This document shows, one piece after another, positions 23,900-32,000 of a DNA stretch of 32,000 nt (positions within the stretch are counted from its first letter, which is position 1; each line of letters begins with the position of its first letter). Position numbers and translations under genes: made by a program. The notes beneath the pieces are model-generated. The model saw only the letters and a list, made by a program, of their open reading frames with translations, did not search any database and was not told the origin of the DNA. Source of the stretch: Zymomonas mobilis subsp. mobilis ATCC 10988 (GTDB lineage: Bacteria > Pseudomonadota > Alphaproteobacteria > Sphingomonadales > Sphingomonadaceae); the NCBI RefSeq assembly GCF_000175255.2, contig NC_017262.1, forward strand, positions 120,001-152,000, in the 5' to 3' direction.

Positions 23900-25114
23900 T
23901 TATGCGGCAAAACGCATATCAAGGCGATGCCAAATCGCAACCAGAGAGTCAGTTAATTCACGCAGCATCGCTTCATTATGGGTCGGGCCCGGTGTAAAGC
24001 GCAGTCTTTCGGTGCCACGCGGGACAGTCGGGAAATTGATCGGCTGGACATAAGCGCCATATTCATTCAGCAAAATGTCTGAAATCCGCTTGGTCTTGAC
24101 CGCATCACCGACAAATAACGGGACAATATGGGTCGTCGTTGCCATGACCGGCAAACCGGCATCCTTAAACATCTGCTTTAATAAAGCGGCATGCTTCTGC
24201 TGGGCTTCCCGTTCTTTAGAAGATATCTTCAAATGGCGGATACTGGCCAAAGCGCCTGCGGCCAATACCGGTGCAAGCGAAGTGGAAAAGATAAAGCCCG
24301 GAGCATAGGAACGAATGACATCCACGATCAACTGATCGGCGGCGATGTAGCCGCCCATCACACCAATCGCCTTCGCCAAGGTGCCTTCAATGATGGTCAG
24401 ACGATCGGCCAAGCCTTCACGATCGGCGATACCGGCACCACGCGGGCCATACATACCGACGGCATGAACTTCATCGAGATAGGTAATGGCATTGTATTTG
24501 TCGGCAAGGTCACAAATTGCCGCAATAGGGGCAATATCGCCTTCCATAGAATAAACGCTTTCAAAAGCGATCAGCTTCGGCAGGTCTGGATTTTCAGCCG
24601 CCAGCAATTCTTCCAGATGGGCAAGATCATTATGCCGATAAATCCGCTTTTCACAACGTGAATTACGGATACCGGCGATCATGGAAGCATGGTTCAATTC
24701 ATCGGAAAAGATAACGCATCCCGGCAAAACCTTAGCAATCGTGGACAAGGTCGCTTCATTGGACACAAAACCGGAAGTAAAGGTAAGCGCGGCTTCTTTG
24801 CCATGCCATTCCGCTAATTCGGCTTCCAATTCGCTATGATAATGGGTGGTTCCGCTGATATTGCGGGTGCCGCCCGAACCTGCACCGACGTTATTCAGGG
24901 CTTCTTCCATGGCCGAAATAACATCGGGATTTTGCCCCATCGACAAATAGTCATTGGAACACCAAACTGTAATTGGGGTCGGGCCATTATGACCGGCGAA
25001 ACAACGGGCATTGGGGAAATGACCTTTATTCCGCAAAATATCGATAAACACACGATAGCGGCCTTCTTTATGCAGGCGCTCAATCGCTTGGCTGAAAATA
25101 TGTTTGTAATCCAA
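23900..25114 (-). CDS. hemA: 5-aminolevulinate synthase
   Basis: 404 aa, alphaproteobacterial ALAS: [33 protein letters not shown] and PLP-lysine EGTLAKAIG. Confidence 0.95.
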   Translation of the reverse strand: MDYKHIFSQAIERLHKEGRYRVFIDILRNKGHFPNARCFAGHNGPTPITVWCSNDYLSMGQNPDVISAMEEALNNVGAGSGGTRNISGTTHYHSELEAELAEWHGKEAALTFTSGFVSNEATLSTIAKVLPGCVIFSDELNHASMIAGIRNSRCEKRIYRHNDLAHLEELLAAENPDLPKLIAFESVYSMEGDIAPIAAICDLADKYNAITYLDEVHAVGMYGPRGAGIADREGLADRLTIIEGTLAKAIGVMGGYIAADQLIVDVIRSYAPGFIFSTSLAPVLAAGALASIRHLKISSKEREAQQKHAALLKQMFKDAGLPVMATTTHIVPLFVGDAVKTKRISDILLNEYGAYVQPINFPTVPRGTERLRFTPGPTHNEAMLRELTDSLVAIWHRLDMRFAA

Positions 25115-25249
25115 AGGATGACACTCCTTTTGACGAAAGAGGCTTTTGTGACAGCCTGACTATAAGAAGGAAGAATAGATCCGCTTTTAACCCTGTCTTA
25201 AAGATCAGACTAGGGAAAAAACGAAAAAAACAAAATAATCTGGTCGATT

Positions 25250-26080
25250 TCAGAGAAAGACAATTTCGTTTAATCCCCGCTTCTTAATATTTTCCCTAAA
25301 AGGCATAAGAATTTCAGTCGGTGCCGTATAAAGCAACTGACCCTTAGGGGGGTGTTTTTCATTTGGCTTTACGGGGCATAATGATTTTAATTCGCATTTA
25401 CTCGCTAATTGATCGGCCAAATATCTGGCTCTTCTCGCGATGCCTTCACTGCCATCAATAAATAACAGGGGACGGGGCGAAACCGCCTCCAATTCTTCTT
25501 TGACCAAAGGAAAATGGGTGCAGGCCAAAACCACGACATCAATCTGGTCACCTTCTGGCTGCTGTAACAGACGGTCTAATTCTGCGCGATAAAGGGCAAG
25601 ATCGCTTTTTTCGCCCCGTAATTTGGCTTCGGCCAAAGTTACCAGATTGGCAGAACCTTGCCGTATTACGGTACAATCGCTGGCAAATTCTTCCGACAGA
25701 TGATCGACATAAGGCTGACGAATGGTTGCTTCTGTCCCCAAGACTCCAAAAACGTGACTTTTAGATAATAATGCCGCTGGTTTGATCGCTGGCACCGTGC
25801 CGACAACCGGAATTTGTAACGCTGACCGAATAAAGGGCAGGGCAATAGTCGAGGCGGTATTACAGGCAATCACTAATAAAGCCGGATCATACCGTTCGAC
25901 CAAACGCCCTAATAAGGCCGGCACACGGGTGGCAATCTCTTCTTCGCTTTTGGTGCCATAAGGAAAACCGCCATTATCCGCGACATAAAGGATTGGCGCT
26001 TCCGGCAAAGCCTTTTTGACGGCGGCCAAAACTGACAAACCGCCCACACCAGAATCAAAAAATAAGACAGGACGGGACAT
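25250..26080 (-). CDS. murI: glutamate racemase
   Basis: 276 aa with FDSGVGGLSV, the catalytic Cys motifs IACNTAS and LACTHFP. Confidence 0.93.
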   Translation of the reverse strand: MSRPVLFFDSGVGGLSVLAAVKKALPEAPILYVADNGGFPYGTKSEEEIATRVPALLGRLVERYDPALLVIACNTASTIALPFIRSALQIPVVGTVPAIKPAALLSKSHVFGVLGTEATIRQPYVDHLSEEFASDCTVIRQGSANLVTLAEAKLRGEKSDLALYRAELDRLLQQPEGDQIDVVVLACTHFPLVKEELEAVSPRPLLFIDGSEGIARRARYLADQLASKCELKSLCPVKPNEKHPPKGQLLYTAPTEILMPFRENIKKRGLNEIVFL

Positions 26081-26104
26081 TCTTTATCCTTGAATAGAGT
26101 CTCA

Positions 26105-27553
26105 CTAAGAGCGGTTTTTTCTTAAAATCGGCTTTTTCAGCAAATGCGACAAACTGACCATACAGGCCGCAAAAGCAATAAAAATACCGATCCGCAACGC
26201 GATTTCTGCCCCATGATCGCTCGAAAGATAAAGGCAAAAGGCGACCAATGTCGCGCCAGTAGTCTGTCCCAAAATACGGGAAATCCCTAAAACACCACTT
26301 GCCGCCCCGCTACGGGTCGTCGGCGCACTACTCATCAAGGCGCGTTGATTGGGCGATAGAAAGAAACCAAAACCGCCACCACATAAAGCCATCATGATAA
26401 CGGCTATAATGGGTTTTGTATGGGGCGGTAAAACAGAAATAACACCAATCCCCAATCCTAGAATAGCGAGGCCTATCCCACCCAAAATACCGGCTGGATA
26501 TCGGTCAGACAAACGCCCCGCAATCGGAGCCAGAAACGCCCCCATTAACGGCCAAGGGGCGATTAAAAAACCGGTCATAATGACATCAAATCCAAGCTTG
26601 CCTTGTAACAGAAAAGGCATTGCTACAAAAATCATACCCTGCACAATAAAGGCTAAAAAAGCAGTAATGGCCGATAACGAAAAGAAGGAAATACGGAATA
26701 AATCAACCGCCAATAACGGTCTTTCATGGGAAGACTGCCACCTAACCAGAAATATGCCCAGAATAAGGGCAACTGCCTCTTCAATAATCGGAAGGGACGT
26801 CATGGAACCATGGGCAAGTTGCCCTAAACCATGCACCCATAAAGCAAATAGACTGGCACAGATAACAGCCGGAACAACATCAAATTTCTGACTCTTGCCT
26901 TTATCTTCTTTGGGTAATTTCTGCCATGATAGGAAAAAGGCCAAAATACAGATAGGGACATTGATTAAAAACAACCAATGCCATGATGTGAAAGATAAAA
27001 TAATCGAAGCCATTGGCGGGCCCGCCGCAAAGCTAAAGGCCATAACAAGGGCATTTAGACCAAGACCTCTTCCCAAAATACGGGCAGGATATATTTGACG
27101 GACCAAAGCGGTATTGGCTGACATAATGGCCGCCGCCCCAATGCCTTGCACAAAACGCGCCGCCACTAAACCCAGAAAAGAAGGTGATATACCACAGGCC
27201 AAAGAAGCCAGAATAAACACGCCAAGACCGGTCAGAAAGACTTTCCGATGTCCTTTTAAATCGCCATAAGCGGCAAAAGGCAGCATGGCGGCCACCATAG
27301 ACATTTGATAGGCGGTAATAATCCAGACGGAATCTGAATGGCCAACGCCCAAATCTTTCGCGATTGAAGGGAGGGCGGTGTTGACAATAGCGGTATCAAG
27401 AATGGCCATCGCCACAGAAACCGATATGGCACCCATCGCTTGATTTCTGTTTTGTCGGGTCATCCCTTCAACATCAGAAGAATTTGCTTGGCCGTTCTTT
27501 TGGTCATCTGGCATCATAAAATATCCATCAAGGCTCGACGTAATCTGCTTCAA
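26105..27553 (-). CDS. MFS transporter (EmrB/QacA-like drug:H+ antiporter, 14-TM type)
   Basis: 482-aa polytopic protein. LDTAIVNTALPSIAKDLG and the length are typical of the DHA2 subfamily. The substrate is unknown. Confidence 0.85.
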   Translation of the reverse strand: MKQITSSLDGYFMMPDDQKNGQANSSDVEGMTRQNRNQAMGAISVSVAMAILDTAIVNTALPSIAKDLGVGHSDSVWIITAYQMSMVAAMLPFAAYGDLKGHRKVFLTGLGVFILASLACGISPSFLGLVAARFVQGIGAAAIMSANTALVRQIYPARILGRGLGLNALVMAFSFAAGPPMASIILSFTSWHWLFLINVPICILAFFLSWQKLPKEDKGKSQKFDVVPAVICASLFALWVHGLGQLAHGSMTSLPIIEEAVALILGIFLVRWQSSHERPLLAVDLFRISFFSLSAITAFLAFIVQGMIFVAMPFLLQGKLGFDVIMTGFLIAPWPLMGAFLAPIAGRLSDRYPAGILGGIGLAILGLGIGVISVLPPHTKPIIAVIMMALCGGGFGFFLSPNQRALMSSAPTTRSGAASGVLGISRILGQTTGATLVAFCLYLSSDHGAEIALRIGIFIAFAACMVSLSHLLKKPILRKNRS

Positions 27554-27792
27554 ATCAGAAATTTAACAAGGCCTATATTTTTTATTAGACCGTCTATGTC
27601 TTTAAATTTTGAAAAATACTACCGCCAGACCACAAAATATGTCTCACATGGGTTGTTTTAAAAATTTTCATTACCCAAAAATTGAAATTTGCTTTCTTTT
27701 AATGTGATAACAGGGGGTTTAGCCCGAAATCATTTGACCTTGCTTTCCCTATTTCATTCCGCTTTAAAGCTTCCATTTTGAAGCATATTTGA

Positions 27793-28449
27793 ATGATAAA
27801 GGCGGGTTTCATGTCGCTAGAGATGATTGCAGTTCTGATTTTTACGATGGGCTATCTGTTGGGATCCGTGCCTTTTGGCCTGATTTTAGCTCGTCTTTTC
27901 GGTTCTGTTGATGTCCGGCAGGTCGGTTCAGGTAATATCGGCGCAACCAATGTGCTTAGAACTGGACGGAAAGACTTGGCGGCTCTGACCTTGTTCTTCG
28001 ACATCGGTAAAGGTGCTTTAGCCGTTCTTCTCGCCCATGGCTTTTCCTATCACCTCTATCAACAAACCGGATGCGCTCCCGATCTCACATTGATTGCAGG
28101 GGCGGCGGCTTTTCTGGGACATTGCTATCCGGTCTGGCTCGGCTTCCGCGGCGGAAAAGGGGTCGCTACCATGCTCGGGGTTTCCTTTGCCGCTTGGTGG
28201 GTTGCGGGCGTGGTCTTTGCTGTTGCATGGCTTCTCTCTGCTAAAATCAGCCGTTATTCCTCGGTCGGCGGCATGGTTGGTGCGATTGCGGCTACGATTT
28301 CGGTTATGTTTATGCCTGCATCTCACGAAATTCATCAGGTCTATATTTCGCTTTTCTCTGGTATGACGATTTTATTATTGTGGCGGCATCGCGGTAATAT
28401 CAAAAGACTGTTATCAGGGCAGGAAAGCCGCATCGGCGACCCGCAATAA
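27793..28449 (+). CDS. plsY: glycerol-3-phosphate acyltransferase PlsY
   Basis: GYLLGSVPFGLILARLFG, GSGNIGATNVLRTG and HCYPVWLGFRGGKGVAT motifs. The start may be ATG 27811. Confidence 0.93.
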   Translation: MIKAGFMSLEMIAVLIFTMGYLLGSVPFGLILARLFGSVDVRQVGSGNIGATNVLRTGRKDLAALTLFFDIGKGALAVLLAHGFSYHLYQQTGCAPDLTLIAGAAAFLGHCYPVWLGFRGGKGVATMLGVSFAAWWVAGVVFAVAWLLSAKISRYSSVGGMVGAIAATISVMFMPASHEIHQVYISLFSGMTILLLWRHRGNIKRLLSGQESRIGDPQ

Positions 28450-28498
28450 AGCCCTCATTCAAAGGCGATCCGCGTTCATCCTATAACAGGCAAAGGTT

Positions 28499-29656
28499 AT
28501 GACCTCATCTCGCTTCCCGTCTATGACCGAGGAAGATTACCGCGCCTCTTTACGGCTTATCCGAACGCCCCGTATCGGGGCTGTAACCTATAACCGATTG
28601 ATAACCCGATATTCTTCACCCCAAGAAGCGCTAAAAGCCGTGCCGCTTCTGGCTAAAAGGGGCGGCGGCCAAGCGCCGAAAATCGCCTCGGAAAAAACGG
28701 TCAATGAAGAAATAGAGCAAGTCAAAACTTTAGGCGCGCGTTATATTTTTCGCCATACGCCTTATTATCCGCCGCTTCTCGATCAATTGGATAATGCCCC
28801 TCCGGTTCTCTTGGTGAAAGGGAATCCACGTTTATTGCAAAAACCGGCGATTGCGATGGTCGGGGCAAGAAATGCTTCGGCCGCTGCCTGCCGTTTTGCC
28901 CATGATCTCGGGCAAGAATTAGCGAATAAAGGCTATCCTGTTATCTCCGGTCTGGCACGCGGCATTGATACCGCCGCGCATCAAGGGGCGGGGATAGAGA
29001 AAACGATTGCGGTTATTGCGGGGGGTCTCGATAGCTTTTACCCACCCGAAAACAAAGAATTGCAGCAGGCTATTTCCGAAAAAGGCTTGGTCGTCAGTGA
29101 AATGCCGCCCAAAACCGAACCGAAAGCCCGCCATTTCCCAGCGCGAAATCGGATTATCGCCGGAATTGCCCTTGGCGTTTTGGTCGTCGAAGCCTCTCCT
29201 AAATCCGGTTCACTTATTACCGCCAAATTGGCGACAGAAATCGGGCGGGAAGTCATGGCCATTCCGGGCTTTCCGATGGATGCGCGCAGCCAAGGCTGTA
29301 ACCAACTTATCAGGGAAGGCGCGACACTGATCCAAAATAGTAATCAGATTATCGAGGCGGTTTCTGTCATGGCCGCGCTTTTTGAAGAACCCACCGAAAA
29401 AAGCCCCCTCGAACCGCGTTTTTCCGGCTTGGAAAATGGCCAGATTGGCTATCGTTCTTCTCCGGCCATTGCCGAGGTCAAGGCAAAGGAACGCGAAATT
29501 ATCCAAAGCCTGATTGGTTCAGCTCCTGTCGGGGTAAATGAACTTATCCGGCAATCAGGGCTAGAAAATGCGATAATCCAAACCATCTTATTGGAAATGG
29601 AGCTAGCTGGACGGCTCGAAAGTCATGCAGGCGGACGGGTAAGTCTGCTTTTTTGA
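28499..29656 (+). CDS. dprA: DNA-processing protein DprA (Smf)
   Basis: 385 aa with VGARNASAAACRFA...SGLARGIDTAAHQGA and a Rossmann-like DprA core. It sits in the conserved position between plsY and topA. Confidence 0.9.
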   Translation: MTSSRFPSMTEEDYRASLRLIRTPRIGAVTYNRLITRYSSPQEALKAVPLLAKRGGGQAPKIASEKTVNEEIEQVKTLGARYIFRHTPYYPPLLDQLDNAPPVLLVKGNPRLLQKPAIAMVGARNASAAACRFAHDLGQELANKGYPVISGLARGIDTAAHQGAGIEKTIAVIAGGLDSFYPPENKELQQAISEKGLVVSEMPPKTEPKARHFPARNRIIAGIALGVLVVEASPKSGSLITAKLATEIGREVMAIPGFPMDARSQGCNQLIREGATLIQNSNQIIEAVSVMAALFEEPTEKSPLEPRFSGLENGQIGYRSSPAIAEVKAKEREIIQSLIGSAPVGVNELIRQSGLENAIIQTILLEMELAGRLESHAGGRVSLLF

Positions 29657-29807
29657 ATGATTTTTTGTTGCTTTCAACTCTGCCCCGCGAATACAGAATA
29701 GATCAACGCTTGTCTGTTTATCATTTTTTCAAAGGGATTTTCCCCTTTGATAACGAAAAAAAAGGCTCACTCTCCGCCGTAAATTGCGCGGAATGGTCAG
29801 GAGTATC

Positions 29808-32000
29808 ATGAAACTCGTTGTTGTCGAATCACCGGCCAAGGCCAAAACTATCGAAAAATATCTTGGGTCGGGCTATCAGGTGCTGGCCTCTTATGGTCAT
29901 ATCCGCGATCTTCCCTCCAAGGATGGCTCTGTTAATCCCGACAACGGCTTTTCCATGGTCTGGCAAAATTATCCTGACAAAGCCCACCGCCTGAAAGCGA
30001 TTGAAGACGCGGTAAAAGAGTCTGACAGCCTCATTCTCGCGACTGACCCTGACCGCGAAGGGGAAGCGATCAGCTGGCATATTCTCGAATTGTTAAAGAC
30101 CAAAAAACTGTTACCCGATGATGTCGAACGGGTGACCTTTAACGCTATTACCAAAGCGGCTGTTACCGATGCTATGGCGCATCCTCGCCAACTCGATAAT
30201 GATTTAATCAATGCCTATCTGGCGCGTCGGGCTTTGGATTATCTCGTCGGTTTCACGCTCTCTCCGATTTTATGGCGGAAATTACCGGGCGCAAAATCAG
30301 CCGGACGGGTGCAATCAGTCGCCTTACGGCTGGTGGTTGACCGTGAGCAAGAAATAGAAGGCTTTAAACCGCAAGAATATTGGTCGGTAGAAGCCGATAT
30401 GGAAGCCGACAGTATCGGCTTTACGTCGCGACTTATCCAATGGCGCGGCCAAAAACTCGAAAAGCTGTCTATCGCAGATAAGACGCAGGCCGAGGCCGCT
30501 CAATCCGATGTTGAATCCGGTCATTTCACGGTTTCGAATGTCGAAACCAAACCGGTTTCCCGTAATCCGCAACCGCCTTTCACAACTTCGACCTTGCAAC
30601 AGGAAGCCGCCCGTAAATTGGGTTTTGCGGCCAGCCATACGATGCGCCTCGCTCAAAGCCTTTATGAAGAAGGGCTTATTACCTATATGCGGACGGACGG
30701 GGTTCAGATGGATGAAAGCGCGATTGCCGCGGCTCGAAAAACCATCACCCAACGCTATGACGGCGGCTTTGTGCCGGACAAGCCGAGACAATATCAGGTC
30801 AAAGCTAAAAATGCCCAAGAAGCCCATGAGGCTATTCGCCCAACCGATTTTTCGCGCGACAAAGCGGCCAGCGGCGATCATGCCCGTCTTTATGAACTGA
30901 TCTGGAAGCGCGCCCTTGCCAGCCAAATGGCCTCAGCCAAATTGGAACGGACAACGGTCGATTTAACCGATGGCACGGGGCAAAATGTCTTGCGGGTCAC
31001 GGGGCAGGTCGTCTTATTCTCTGGCTTTCTGACGCTTTATGAAGAAAGCGCTGACGATAACGCCAATGACCGCGATGGCAAAGAAGGCCGCGCCCGTTTG
31101 CCTTTATTACGGGCAGGCAATGCACCTTTGAAAAAAGAAGTCAGGGCAGATCAACATTTCACCCAGCCGCCGCCCCGTTATTCGGAAGCGAGCTTGGTCA
31201 AAAAAATGGAAGATTTGGGCATCGGCCGCCCATCCACTTACGCTTCGGTTATTCAGGTTCTAAAAGACCGCGCCTATGTCACGCTGGAACGCAACCGCTT
31301 CATTCCCAGCGAAGCCGGACGTTTGTTGACGGCCTTTCTTGAACGTTTCTTTGAACGTTATGTCAGCTATGACTTTACCGCGGGCTTGGAAGACAGCCTT
31401 GACGAAATTTCCGGCGGTCGGGCTGACTGGCAAAAAGTCCTTGATGCTTTCTGGCATGACTTCAAACCCAAAACCGCCGAAGTCATGGAACAACAGCCCT
31501 CGGCTATCACCGCAGAATTGGATAAATTCCTTGAACCTTGGCTTTTCCCTGACAAGGGTGACGGCCATGATCCCCGTGAATGTCCCTCCTGCCATACGGG
31601 TCGTTTGGCGTTAAAAGGTGGCCGTTTCGGTGCCTTTATTGCCTGCTCGAATTATCCCGAATGTAAATATACCCGTGGCTTTGGGCAGGGTGAAGACGGC
31701 GTTGACGATAACGAACCCGTCCTGCTCGGTTATATGCCCGAAAATTCGGATGATGACGGCTATATGGCGTTTGCAGACCAAGGGGATATTTCACCCGATA
31801 ACAACGCTTCCACCTCTGAAACAGGCGTTGCTGACGGCGGTGTCGCGGCTAATACGGCCTTTTCTGGCAAGGGGAATAGCGCATCCCATACAGACAGGGA
31901 TGACTTACCTTTTGATCCTGACGAACCCGCCTCTTCAACCGGAAATGTCGCCTCCTCACAATCCCGCATGACAGGTGACGAAACGACTTCTTCCGGTAAT
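29808..32000 (+). CDS. topA: DNA topoisomerase I (5' 731 codons; open at the right edge)
   Basis: Absent from the ORF track because there is no stop in the window. ATG 29808 follows CAGGAG. It reads MKLVVVESPAKAKTIEKYLG (TOPRIM), LILATDPDREGEAISWH, active-site GLITYMRTDG and zinc ribbon CPSCHTGRLALKGGRFGAFIACSNYPECKY. The frame stays open to nt 32000. Confidence 0.95.
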   Translation, partial: MKLVVVESPAKAKTIEKYLGSGYQVLASYGHIRDLPSKDGSVNPDNGFSMVWQNYPDKAHRLKAIEDAVKESDSLILATDPDREGEAISWHILELLKTKKLLPDDVERVTFNAITKAAVTDAMAHPRQLDNDLINAYLARRALDYLVGFTLSPILWRKLPGAKSAGRVQSVALRLVVDREQEIEGFKPQEYWSVEADMEADSIGFTSRLIQWRGQKLEKLSIADKTQAEAAQSDVESGHFTVSNVETKPVSRNPQPPFTTSTLQQEAARKLGFAASHTMRLAQSLYEEGLITYMRTDGVQMDESAIAAARKTITQRYDGGFVPDKPRQYQVKAKNAQEAHEAIRPTDFSRDKAASGDHARLYELIWKRALASQMASAKLERTTVDLTDGTGQNVLRVTGQVVLFSGFLTLYEESADDNANDRDGKEGRARLPLLRAGNAPLKKEVRADQHFTQPPPRYSEASLVKKMEDLGIGRPSTYASVIQVLKDRAYVTLERNRFIPSEAGRLLTAFLERFFERYVSYDFTAGLEDSLDEISGGRADWQKVLDAFWHDFKPKTAEVMEQQPSAITAELDKFLEPWLFPDKGDGHDPRECPSCHTGRLALKGGRFGAFIACSNYPECKYTRGFGQGEDGVDDNEPVLLGYMPENSDDDGYMAFADQGDISPDNNASTSETGVADGGVAANTAFSGKGNSASHTDRDDLPFDPDEPASSTGNVASSQSRMTGDETTSSGN

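Noticed and set aside
29829-31971. ORF-track ORFs at 29829-30080, 29969-30211, 30324-30926, 30508-30900, 31260-31595, 31339-31614, 31618-31971 and others
   Set aside because: All lie antisense to or out of frame with the unmistakable topA reading frame (29808 to the window end), which the track omits only because it has no stop codon in the window.
1-32000. Search for cas genes, phage or transposon genes, toxin-antitoxin pairs, restriction-modification or other defence enzymes near the CRISPR array
   Set aside because: None of the ORFs of 60 aa or more shows nuclease, integrase, transposase, methyltransferase (other than the TrmJ-like RNA MTase) or NTPase-defence motifs. The array is flanked by housekeeping and stress genes only.

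Overview
This is a mostly housekeeping chromosomal window from an alphaproteobacterium. The evidence for that is ALA-synthase-type hemA, a NepR-like ORF, and plsY-dprA-topA and glyA-nrdR synteny. From memory, the pgi/kup genes and the CRISPR repeat resemble Zymomonas mobilis or a close sphingomonad; I could not verify this. Genes I can support: rpsF (5' fragment, left edge), fabD, fabG, a lipoprotein, tatABC, a NepR-like ORF with a HisKA_2 kinase-like gene, a DEAD-box helicase, a proline-rich secreted protein, pgi, gor, tRNA-His, kup, tRNA-Met, a divergent nitrilase/LysR pair, two small orphan ORFs behind an extremely AT-rich tract, trmJ-like, nrdR, glyA, rpiB, hemA, murI, an MFS transporter, plsY, dprA and topA. 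topA is open at the right edge and so is absent from the ORF track. The accessory part is 4.96-8.7 kb. (i) A 7-repeat type I-F CRISPR array sits on the minus strand with its leader but with no cas genes anywhere in the window. (ii) Next to it is what I read as a compact general-stress-response (GSR) module on the minus strand. It runs: sigma-EcfG-like promoter motif, nepR-like ORF, PhyT/PhyP-like kinase with an apparently degenerate ATPase domain, a second EcfG-like motif, a ~105-nt candidate sRNA, and an unlisted 44-aa entericidin-family lipoprotein with its own terminator. The sRNA's terminator hairpin displays an exact CCUCCUCCC loop, as in the CcsR/cuckoo RNAs. I saw no phage, transposase, toxin-antitoxin or defence-enzyme genes. 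All protein calls rest on motif recognition by eye; no homology search, RNA folding or statistics could be run.
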